Positions 37,441 to 49,199 of a stretch of DNA of 64,000 nt are shown one piece after another. This stretch comes from Podarcis pityusensis (taxonomy: Eukaryota), in assembly GCA_964106645.2 (NCBI GenBank), contig OZ067045.1; one strand, written 5' to 3'. The notes under the pieces are model-generated. The model saw nothing but the letters and a program-made list of their open reading frames with translations. It made no database searches and was not told the origin of the DNA. Every line of letters starts with the position of its first letter. The first letter of the stretch is position 1. The position numbers and the translations under genes are program-made.

Positions 37441-37969
37441 GAAACTGACGAGAAACCAAAACATTTATACACACATTCAACATTCATGTAAACATATATA
37501 CCAACATCAGCTGCAAATATCTACATACACATGCACATCTACATACACATGGTCAATTACTGAGAAAAGTATTTATTAGCTCAAGTTGTTATCACCAAGA
37601 CCTGCAAGAATTCCAGAAGTATAATGTGTGAGAATGAAAATAGACCAGACTGAGGAATGTGGGAGCTTTATATGCACAGATTCATTGTTTTAAAAGCTGT
37701 AAGACACTATTTAGAAATTATAACATAGTGTAAAATTGAGTCTCCAAGAAGATAGCACGTTTCCTGGGAACATCCACTGAAAATGTTTACTGGCTCAGTT
37801 GCCAAAATATTTCTGTGTTCCAGTTTCATAAGGTTACAGAAAGCTTAGTGCCAAATTTGTATGTTTCTATACAGGTGTAAATCTGTATATGACAAACGAT
37901 TTGCCTATTTTTACTGCATAATGACTTCTTGTTCCTTAGGTCATTGTATTCCTCCCACATGTCATGATG

Positions 37970-40130
37970 TCTCGGAGAATATGCTACATAATGCTCCATG
38001 ACATTCAGGAGGATTGATTGGCTCCCTCGGAAACGCACAGCACCTCTAAGAACATGTCACACACAGCAAAAAGTGATGCACTCTCTTAAAATTGGAGGGG
38101 GGGAATCCGTAGACAAAAATAAGTTCTACGGGATTAAAAAAAATTATACAAAACTATATAAATCTGAACCATTGGACTCCCAAATCTTCACAAATTTCCT
38201 AGAAGAAAAAAAATGAATCCAAAATTTAATAAGACTCTTAGCAGAAATCCAAAACAGAAAAACAAAACAGAAAAATCTCACATTTTCTTCTGAAATTGTT
38301 TCTTGACATACAGAATAGAGGCCAAATTCCTGAAACTTGGCATATCTCGTTTATCACAGTCATACCCAAACCACAGAAAGAACTTGATCAAGTTGAATTA
38401 TATAAACCTTTTTCATTGATTAATGTGGATGCTAAATTATTTACAGGCATAATGGTCAGTGGACTTTCAAAAATTTCACCCAACTATGTCCACCATCACC
38501 AAGTCAGATTCTTAAAGCTTTCTCTATTAGAAGGATTCAATGCAATTTTTAAAGAGTTAATCACATCCAGAACCTACTGTTTTCTCGATGCTAGGTGCAG
38601 TAAAGGGATTTAATGGTTTAAACTGGCAATATATCTTTACAATTCAATGTTCCTTTGGTATTAGTGCATTCTGGGTTGATAAGCTTTATAATTTATACTA
38701 TGAGTCACTGGTCCATGTTTTGGTGAATGGGGAACTCTCTTTGACATTCCCCATTGGTCGGGGCACAAAGCAGGGCTGCCCACTGTCTGTCCTGCTTTTT
38801 ACCTTGGTCAAATCTGCTATTAACCACTTTCTAAAATCAGATTTTACCATATGGAAGTAATGGAGACTGAACTTCTACCTTCTGATTCCCTCTTTAGTCC
38901 CAATAACTCAACACTTCCTTTCACAAAGCAGCCAAATCAGGCTGATTTCCTAGGTGGGAAACAGTGGGATTATATAAACTCAGACACTTCTACAGTAATC
39001 AAAAGCTCCTTACAGCTCCAGAATTATTATTTTCCATTGGGAGACAGATCATATGGCTGGTTAGAGGTACACCAGATTATACATTTTCTAAATCAATCAA
39101 ATATAAAGACCCAAGCATTATGCAGCTTAAACAGTTTGGAGCAACTACTCAACTCAACCAACTCATCCACTGAGAAAGGTCATCTCCCAACTATATAAAA
39201 TCCTCACACAACTGGCTACCCTTCCTCTCACTTCATTAAGACTAAAACAGGGAAAGACTTTGGAGAAAAATTAGAGAAACAACTCTGGGAACAAATTTGG
39301 AATAAACTACCATTTGGATTAATCTCAGTTAGAACTTGAGAAAATGCTGTAAAGATAGGCAAAGTAAAGGACCCCTGGACAATTAAGTCCAGTTGAATTC
39401 AACTATGGGGTGCGGCACTCATCTCCGCTTTCAGGGCGAGGGAGCCAGTGTTTGTCCACAGACAGCTTTTCCAGGTCATGTGGCCAGCATGACTAGACAG
39501 CTTCCGGTGCAACGGAACACCATGATGGAAGGCAGAGCACACAGAAATGCCACTTACCTTCCCACCACAGCAGTATCTATTTATCTACTCGCGCTGGTAT
39601 GCTTTCAAACTGCTATGTTGGCAGGAGCTGGGACAAAGAGACAGGAGTTCACCCCATCACGCACATTCAAACTGCTGACCTTATGATCAGCAAGCTCAAG
39701 AGGCTCAGTGATTTAGACCACAGTGCCACCCATGTCTCCTGGTACACGTGCCTAGCAAGACTATAGAGAAGTGATCATAACACACTCAACCTTTGCTGGC
39801 AGAAATGCAATTTACCTGGCTCTCTAGTATGTTGTGAACAGCCCTGAGATCTGCAGATGAAGGGTAGTATGCAAATGCAAAAATAAATTAACAACAACAA
39901 CACACATGTGGTGGTTTTGCCCAAAAATCATTTGCTTTTCAGGAAAGAAGTTTTTCAAACAAATTATCAAATGATGGGACAATTGCTACAACCAGACCCA
40001 AAATAAACCCTATTATCTTACATTTATCGGGGGCAGGGGGAAGACTCACACCTTTTATATGACATGGTGTCCTTTTATTAACTTTGTTAAGACAACGGAA
40101 CATGGTTTCACCCTCCACTGACTCATGGAA
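37970..40130 (+). mobile_element. Degraded L1-clade LINE ORF2 (RT and C-terminal cysteine-rich region)
   Basis: IPKPQKELDQVELYKPFSLINVDAKLF, VNGELSLTFPIGRGTKQGCPLSVLLF and, near 39790-39925, CWQKC...HMWWFCPK. Confidence 0.85.
39360..39740 (-). mobile_element. Sauria SINE nested in the L1 fragment
   Basis: Highly similar to 15747-16072 (GACAATTAAGTCCAGT, GGTCATGTGGCCAGCATGACTA, TTTAGACCACAG). Confidence 0.9.
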
Positions 40131-40269
40131 CCTTAAGGAGAGACACTTTCATTTGACTGCCTTGCTTAGACCGTCTAATACCACCATCAGCTCCTATTTT
40201 TCTTTCTTTTCTGTACAACTACTAAGCTCTAGTTTCCTTGTATGGGAATGTTTTGTTACTTGAGATTAA

Positions 40270-41252
40270 GAATCAATTTAAAAATCAGTTCTCATTGTCC
40301 TTCAACTCTGCCACACAGAGCATCAGAGGTTCTTCTGCTAGGATGTTTCCATGCACTTCTTTGGTTGTAGACAAACAGTGTGACTTTATCACTTCTAGCA
40401 CATTGATGATACTCTGGCATGTGTGAATCACCTTCTCTTTGTCATCCTTCTCAGAAATTGGACGCAGTACATTATCTGTCTTTCCTAGGTATTGTTACTG
40501 TATTTGCTTTTCTGTTGAGCATTGTCTTGAATAACATGTGATTCTGGGAATGTTCAGAAATCCTCCCCCACTAGGTTCAGAAGCACATCAAGTAGTCACC
40601 TTTTCTTGAACCATTTCTTTCCTATCATCCTCAATGATCACAGATGTAGGTTGAGCTGCAGCAGCCAGCTTCCTGGTACTCTCTAATGACTGACTATGCC
40701 TGAAAATGAAGTCACCCAGATGCACAGGTAGAGTTGTATGTTTGAATTCTGTACACTTCAGGTCCTTGAAATAAGCCTGACTGGAAGCACTGCTGGCTGT
40801 AACACCACTATACCCATAGAATGGGACCATCACAGCTGTCCACAGTGGAATCAAATGCAAAACATTGTCTAGAAGCATTTGCTGGTTACTTCTAGTTCCA
40901 GAACAACCTTTGTGGCGACAGTATTATTTTATTTCCTTCACAACGGCACCTTTCTATGGAACCAGAAGACATACTTCACTGCATTCTTCTTTACCTCGCT
41001 TAACTCACAATCTGCTGGCACGCCTATATCCTTGCCCTCTCCCTCAGTTTCGCTCATGGCAACAGTGATAATTTTATATGAGGTGTTTGACCTTAAGTAG
41101 CAATACTCCTTAGGTAGAAGTGACGAGTAAGGCGTTATGGTCCTCACAGAGTAGGCCATTTTGCCATCAGGTTAATCATGTGTGCTATGTCATAGGGCAA
41201 ATTTGGCAATCCCTTATTTTCAATCAAAATCTTAGTACACTCATTCAGGTAC

Positions 41253-41254
<2 letters not shown>
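40270..41254 (-). pseudogene. Fossil FB-NOF-like (MULE-NOF) transposase
   Basis: Hand translation across stops and frameshifts gives, in order: KYLNECTKIL...DIAHMINLMAKWPTL, RHFYLRSIA, IITVAMSETEG, IPLWTAVM, SSASSQAYFKDLK. As I recall the family, this matches the NOF-like motif series D(V/I)AH..W, FYxR, VAxSExxG, PLWxxxM, SSAxxExxFxDLK. Confidence 0.7.

Positions 41255-41288
<34 letters not shown>
41254..41288. repeat. (ATT)n microsatellite
   Basis: Perfect trinucleotide run. Confidence 0.95.
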
Positions 41289-41289
<1 letters not shown>

Positions 41290-44062
41290 TGGGAGAGGAA
41301 CAGCACCTAGGCATTCTGTTGTGGTGCTCATAGCCTAGGTTTAAGGTGCCATTTGGCGATTGGCTTATATTTCGATTGGCATTTCTAACACTGTGTGCCT
41401 CGCCTTGCCTTTTAGAGAGGCTTTTGGTGAGGTGTTCAAGGGAAGATCAGTTGTGCAAGCTGCTTACCATTCACACAATCCAATATTATTAAATGACCAG
41501 TGTTCTCTCACTTGCTCTGGAGATCTAAAGCCAGAGTTTCAGCTGTGAAAACACTTTTCCAGTTCAAAACTGGTCTTACTGATATTCATAAGGTCAATCC
41601 TCTATTCAAATCCTGATAGATAGTGAGTGTGTTTGAGTGGGAGAAGATATAGCCACACTTATTTTAATCTACAGACTGGATCCTGATCTTTCTTAATCTG
41701 GATTCTGTCAACGAGGGAGACGAAAACTTCACTACTCCTCAAACAGCAGATTACAACAGGGGTGTGATCTGAAATGTCTTGTTCAACTTACAAGTGGGAG
41801 TGGTGCCTTTCAAAGCCTCCTGTTGGCCATTGTCACTTTAAACATCTGCACTCCAATGTCAAACTAATTTTCTGTGCCTTTAAGTGTCATCACATCTGCC
41901 AATGCTGCACAAAAATAAGACAACAGTATTGCCAGCTCCTGGGTACCAGACTTGCATTTGAGTCAGTATCCCAACCAAGAGAATTAGATGCTACAGATTT
42001 TGCGCGCCTTCTGACAGTTCAGTATTCTCATTCAACTCTATATCCTTCGTAAGAGTAAGGATACATTACTATAATTCTTGTAATGTATCTAACTTCCTAA
42101 GTAGAAACTCTACCATCACAGAACAGAAGAGATACTGGAAAACAAGAATTGTATCTCCCTTTCTAATTCAATGCTATCAATACCATCACTACCACTTTGC
42201 AACTCTTTCTGCTAACAACAAAAACAGTAACAATTTTATAGCAATTCTATCTGGGGTACACACACACAAACTACACAATGATCAAATTAATCAGTTTTCT
42301 CGCATTAATTAACTCAAAAGTATCAGGAGTTGAGTGTCATACTATTCCCCCATCAGCCATGAAGTTCACTGGGCAACCTTGGGCCAGTCACTCCCCCTTC
42401 ACAAATAAAATGAAGAGAATTATGTATGCAAACTTGAGCTTCATGGAGGAAAGGTGGGGCAAAAATAGGATAAATAAAACAAATAAATAAATGTGCTCAG
42501 CCAAACCTGAAAAAGAGAAAGTTGAAGATGACAACAGTGGGTGAGGGGTGGAGACCAGACAATATAAACAGGTCAATCAGGCAAAAATTTAACTCTCCAC
42601 ATTAAATAATATTTGGAGTGGGGGGGGTCACATAAATAAGTTCTAAAGTTAGGCCTCCTAGCTCTGGTTGGGGGTTGTTTTTCAACAGCAAAATTCAAAA
42701 CTGGAAGAAAAAAAGGAAATAAATCTTCAGCCCTTTGCTGCAGAAAGGCAGCAGGGGCTAATAAAGAGAGAGCGCTCATAATGACTGAACACAAAAGATG
42801 AATAAAGCACAGAAGGTGCAACAGTCAGCACTTCAAAAGATGCTGGCTCTTTAGCGTGTGCCTAATTAAAGGTTTTCTGCACTGCTGTGTGCCTCAGAGA
42901 GTACACATCCCAGGTTAAAGCAGTCACCCCTTCAAATCCAGGGATCAGCCCTTCCCTTCTAGGGATGGCCAGAGGTCCCTGTCTGTCACAGCAGCTGAGG
43001 AGTTGCTTGTTCTCTCAGCTCTCTCCCACAACTTTCTGCTTTGTACAAACAAAACACCAGGCCGGCAGGACCTACATCTAACACAGCCTCTTGGGAGGCG
43101 GCACACGGCCAAATCCGACTGGATGATTCCAGTTCAGACTGGTTCTGGGAACACAAACAAGGAGGTCCTTGCACAGTCGACACTATTTGGACACAGCAGC
43201 TCCCACAGCATACAAGGCTGCTCCTTGCTTATCAGCTGTGGAGACCTGAGGCCTCGTTTGCCCACATTTTTCCGGCCACCTTATCTGAGTGGAGGAAGGT
43301 GGGATACCAGTGTTTTTCTTTTAATTCGTTTCACTGTAATTATAATTTTTGCTACAGAAATCAAATAAACTCCGCAAACATGGCTGATTTGCAAATGCAC
43401 CTTGACTTAGACCTGTACAAATGAAAACAAAGCCTCAAGATGGAATTAATCAAGAAATGTTTTTGAATGCAAAGCATCTGAATGAACAATGGTCTTGGGT
43501 CCTGTCCTCCTGAAGGATTTTAAGATGAGATCTTCCCACAGGAACGGAACATCCTAGCAAGCAGCCTTGAAAAGAAACCCTAAACACAGACACACAAATC
43601 AACATGCCTGATAGCTACACTCCACACTGCTGAACAGTAGGGGACAGCTTAAGGCAAGGAATGCTAACACCTCTGGAAGAGACTGAGCAGTTAAGGAGAG
43701 CCTTAAAGAGCAAGAGAAAGGCATATCTGACAGGGCAGCTTTTGAAATTACTACTCTAGAGAGAAGCTAACACAATCCGCAGTTTACAACCCTGCAACCG
43801 AAGCTAGCCAACAGGCGTTTAGTCATTCAGCTTCTGGCTTAAGAAAGTTCTCTTTGTCCTAAAAGAATTACATAAAAATATCATAACAACGTAATATGTA
43901 AAAATGAACAGGGCTCTTTCTCTTGAAGAACTGTGTGTATGCTTGGAGGGGTGGGGACAGGGACATCCAATATTAAATTAAGAAAGGAAGGAAGAAACTG
44001 GTTATGTTCCTGAATGCTTGCACCATTAGCATGGGCATGACAGGCAACAGAAACAATTCAGA

Positions 44063-44216
44063 NNNNNNNNNNNNNNNNNNNNNNNNNNNNNNNNNNNNNN
44101 NNNNNNNNNNNNNNNNNNNNNNNNNNNNNNNNNNNNNNNNNNNNNNNNNNNNNNNNNNNNNNNNNNNNNNNNNNNNNNNNNNNNNNNNNNNNNNNNNNNN
44201 NNNNNNNNNNNNNNNN
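44063..44216. other. Assembly gap (N run)
   Basis: 154 N. Confidence 1.
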
Positions 44217-44981
44217 TCTCCACTCAAACTGCTTCTCCACCAGCAAAACCACATGGAAAATGGCCTTTGTTGAGCCTAAGTTCTGAAGCAGTTTTCCCCA
44301 ATTGTCCCCATGAACAGGAAGCACCTAACCCACCCACACTCCACTAAATACCATTTTAAGCAAGTGATTCATCCTTAGTTGGCAAATTCCAGAGCAGGAA
44401 AGAAAGGAGGGGGTGCCACAGGAGGGAATGGCCAGTATTATGTAATGCAATAAAGTTTGCCAATGTCTACTTTCACTCCAGGAGAGGAGGCTGGTAAGCA
44501 AGAGACAGCAACCAATCTCTCCAGCCAAGTCTCAGGAAACCTGAATGTTAAGTCATGGTGGTTTTTCTAGCACCTTTCACTACAGTAATTTTCATCTTCA
44601 TGTTTCAGGATACATGCAAGTAATCAATTTTAAAAAATCCATGACAAGGGCAAGTTTCAACAAAGAAGACAAATTCTTTCTAAAGTTCATCTGGTTTAAC
44701 CAAAGAGTCATAGTCCATTAATCACAGCAACTACATTAGAAAACACAAGAATTAATTCAAGTGGAATTCTCGAAACACATTCTAGATAAAAAGAAGCTCT
44801 GTGGTCTCTACAGTAACATTACTTGAAAGCTGGGCTTCACCACAAGTATGTGAGTTTCACAAGCCCAATGTGAAATAATCACTGTTTGAAATTCCCCAGG
44901 CACTAGGCACGTTCTGCAACTGCTACGGGTCCAATTGCAGAGGTTGGCCTCTGACATCTCCATCTGACTGGCCCCTCCAGC

Positions 44982-45479
44982 TTTCTTAAGAAGGTGAGCA
45001 GAAGAACTTACATACTTTATTGCATTTATATCCCACCTTTGAGTCCTCCTCCTCAGTTAATCTACCTCACAGGGTCATTGTAGGGGTTAGGAGGCTGTGA
45101 GTGGCCCAAGATCACCCAGTGAGCTTCATGACTGAATGGGGATTTGAACCCTGACCTCCCAGGTCCCAGTCAGACACTCTAACCAGTACACCACACTGGC
45201 TTCCTAGAATACTTCTGCTATGGGGCAGCTATATAAATTAAGCAGGTAAATAAATATAGGGAATATTTCCCTTGAAGCTTGCATTTATTTTATTCTGGGT
45301 TGTTTAATTTTCTGTTTTGATGTATTGTAAACTGCTTTGAGATTTTTTTTCTTTGAAATATAAAGCAGTATACAAATGAAATTAATAATAATAATAATAA
45401 ATTAATTGCAAAAAAAAAATGGGGATTGTAACCTAGATTTAAGGTGCCATTTGGCAAATAGCTTATATATCTAATGCTG
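44982..45479 (-). repeat. Inverted copy of the composite repeat at 29699-30279 (contains a Squam3-like SINE at ~45020-45200)
   Basis: Collinear reverse-complement similarity through both the SINE and the non-SINE flanks. Confidence 0.8.
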
Positions 45480-46606
45480 GAAATAATACATTCAACAACA
45501 CCAATCAGTATTTCAGGCAAGTATGCCAGAGTCAAGTCTGCAAAAACCGTGTACTAGTGGTCAAGCACTAACTAGAATAAGGAAGACAAAAATTAGTTTG
45601 ATGAAACACTGAAAACACATTTCAGTTGGTAAGATTTTTATAGACACCAATAGAGGATAACATTGCAATGTTGGACCCTTCTTTTGCAAAGTCCTTCGCT
45701 GATTGGAGAAAATTAATTTTCAGAGCTACCAATTATTTACAAGCATCTATAGCACTTTTCCCAAGTACCTGTAATGAACATTTGGACATGGTTCACATAA
45801 AACACATAGGCAAATTATGGCTTTGCGAGGACAAGCAAGTGTGCCAGTACATACATGTGTGCCTCACCCTGTCCCGTTCCACCCCCGTTCGGCCTTCTAC
45901 CACGTCCAAAAGGACCCACGCATCAGCGACTGTTCATCAATTGGACATGCCTAAAATGGCTGTCGCCTGTACACACATACAATTTGACTGGGAAGGAAGA
46001 TACAGTCCTTTAAAACCAGTTTCATATGATACACATTCTATTCCAAAATTTCTCTCATTCTCCCACAGCTCTTCATTGATAAATAGAAACAAAACAAAAA
46101 AAATCCTTCTATCAAGTCCTTGCTAAGCTTGAACAACATTATTTTGCCACAGTAATCCATTCAGCTACAGCCACAATTTAAAACCAACACTCCGTTCATC
46201 TCTCAGGCGTCATTACCAAGAGGTTATTCCTTTAAACTTACAAAATATGCTGGAAAAAACACATGCAGGCAGGGGGTGGGAGAAGAGAAAGCAAGGCAGA
46301 CAATGACTGATAATTGGCACTGGATTTTAAATAGAAGTGGGAAAGCCGTATGAAACCAATCATATTAACTTTGTTCCATGAGGCACCATTTAAGTTGACA
46401 CATTTTGAAATGTAGTACATATAAATGTCAACAACTTCATTCTTAAGCAGGGGCTCAAATGCTGAAGGCACAGGTCTTCAGGGGGCAGGGGACTAGAACA
46501 ATAAGAAAAGGACACTGCAATATCCCATGGGTAATCCTTGGGAATTCATATCAGGGCCCAGGATGAAAACATGGCATTAATAAATATGACAGGGGCGTTT
46601 ACATAC

Positions 46607-47083
46607 CTGTCACTGCTGGTACTGCTACTGCTGCTGATTGAATCACTGCTTGATGATCTGCTCCTAGAGCCACTGCCACTAGGGGACCTAGTAGGTCTTG
46701 ACGCTTGGCTCGCCAGCCTCTGAGGAGACTGGGTCCTAGACTGGGATGAATGTGGTGACCGGCTCCTGCTGTGCTGGTAATTCCGCTCTGGCCTCCGGCC
46801 TCGTACCTCCCGTGTGAGATCATCCCTGTAGATATCCCTGTGTACCACGCTGGGCAAAGTAAACTGCTCCCGGGCCCGAGGTTCGTAACGGGGGTCATGA
46901 GCATCAAAACGGCTCGGGCTGCGACTCCGAGAACTGTAATAGAGTCCATGTTGTAAAGTCCGCTCTCGAGGATCTCTATAGTAATCCTGATCATAATGTC
47001 TTGTCCGATCAAATCCTCCTGTCCCCCGTTCATGGTGTCCATAGGCACTATGTTCATAAGCACGCTCCCTGTTATCTGAAGCC
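46607..47083 (-). CDS. SPEN: SPEN exon 3 (R/D/Y-rich and RS/Ser-rich region, 477 nt)
   Basis: gcag|GGCTTCAGAT ... GACAG|gtatgt; encodes ASDNRERAYEHSAYGHHERGTGGFDRTRHYDQDYYRD...RSRSPHSSQSR...SSSSSTSSD. Confidence 0.97.
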
Positions 47084-48912
47084 CTGCATTTAGGAGGGGG
47101 AAAATATTTATGTCAATCAGAGATGGAGGAGAAGGTCCCAACATCATGCAAACATTTAGTGTGGCACTGGCGATCTTCACAAGTAATATTAACAATAAAA
47201 GACTCTAAATGACTATAATGACTATTAAGCAAAACCAATGAGCTTGGTTCTTCCACACAACTCCTCAGTTACATCTAGGTACAGCACAGTTTGGCACTGA
47301 TTCTGCTTCACTGATTAAACTGGGCTTTCATGACCAGAGTTCTGCATCACAGAACAAACTAATGATCTTCTGGGCCCTGAATGATTTTCACATAGTTTTT
47401 TTGTTTTATAAAAAAAATCACCAATTTAAAATATATTTTTTCTAGGACCACAATGCTCTAGGATTTTAAGTAATTACAACTATTCATGTTTTTCATTGCA
47501 TGGGTATGCTGAAGATCTTTTGCTAAATGTTTGGCTGGCCATGAAAGCCCCTGTGAAAAGCATGAGTCCAGAAAAGGCAAGTTACTGTTAGCATTTTAGT
47601 TGCTAAGATTCCTTGGATATAATGTCAAAACAGTGAATGCTCAATACATTGATCCTATTAATTATCCAAGAGGTAGGTACTTTTAAGTGCCATAGACAAT
47701 GTGGAGACAAAGCCATGCCCACAAAGGTATTAAGTCCCCAAAGCAAGATTTCTGTTGATTTACTGGTAAGCTGTGGGTATTTTTGTAAGCAGCTTTGAAT
47801 CAAAGAAAAGTGGGGTATTAATATTTAAAGAATAAAGCTAATTGCCACAGTTTCTATACTCCACATAAATAATCAGCAGTTTGCTCTACTATGTACTTCA
47901 GAGTTAATGAGAACACTGTGCCTGTGACTCAGTTCTATGGCCCAGAACACTGATGAGTATTTTCATAGGACAGTATTTCAAAACAGAAAGCAAAATGACC
48001 CAGAAGGCTTCCAATAGTTTAGTACTCTAATTTATTAAAAGTAAAAGGATGGCCAATCTTTAGCGGCATGGCTAATCAAGAAAAATAGTAATTCAACAGG
48101 AAATGTTTGTGGATTTAGTAATAAGCCAGAGCCTGAGTTAGTTGCAAAATTTAAAGCCCCATTTTAGGAAGAAGGGTTTTAAGCCATCTCCCTTTGTTCC
48201 AACAGTCTTCTTTGAAAACCAATTCACAGCTACTTCAGTTCTAGGCACTCAATCCTCTCCCACCTCCACCCCCACAGTTCCTCCTCTTCTGCTGGGTCCC
48301 AGGACAGATCTTCTCAAAAGCTTGAACTCTCTTGTATTTTTCTTTTGTTTAGTCTTAAGAGTGGATTAGAATCTTCCTTGATTATAAATTTCTCTCTCTT
48401 CCTACACATGCATCTCAAGCACAGGGCTAGTAATCCCTGAGATGAAGGTGCTTGATGAATCTTAAAGGCTTTCTTTTCTCTGAATTCCTGCCTCTTGAGC
48501 AATTCAGAGTTGTCTTAACAGAAATGCAAAGCAAAATTCCAAAATGCACAATATACATTTCCAATTATTTGCAGCTACATGCAAATAAGGCAGCAAACTG
48601 TTTCCAAATGTGTGCACGTGTGTGTGCATGTGTGTCTTCTTCCTTAAAAGAAGAAAAACAAGCAGCACTTTGCACCCTATGGAACATTATGCCAGTGAGA
48701 GCTGGTGTAATAAAGGAACAGAAGCAATACTCCTAGAGGGTTACTGGTATAGTAAAAGAGCTCCTTATCCATTAGAAGGACACAGAAGACAGACAAAAGA
48801 ACTAGCAGAGCTGAAAATCTAATGACTACAGCAGTGCTGATTATCTATTAGTACTAATTACTACTGGAGTTAGTGGAAAGAGGGATTGACTTGGGTTAGG
48901 AGAGGAGCTAAT

Positions 48913-49076
48913 NNNNNNNNNNNNNNNNNNNNNNNNNNNNNNNNNNNNNNNNNNNNNNNNNNNNNNNNNNNNNNNNNNNNNNNNNNNNNNNNNNNNNNNN
49001 NNNNNNNNNNNNNNNNNNNNNNNNNNNNNNNNNNNNNNNNNNNNNNNNNNNNNNNNNNNNNNNNNNNNNNNNNNNN
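48913..49076. other. Assembly gap (N run)
   Basis: 164 N. Confidence 1.
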
Positions 49077-49199
49077 GATGAGCGAGCAAGAAAAAAAATC
49101 TTAGTGACAAACAGGGAAAAAAATCCACTGGAAGCCAGTTGTCCCAGATTGACATGAGGACTCTGTAACCCCCAGACTTCATTCTTCAGGCAGCAAATC

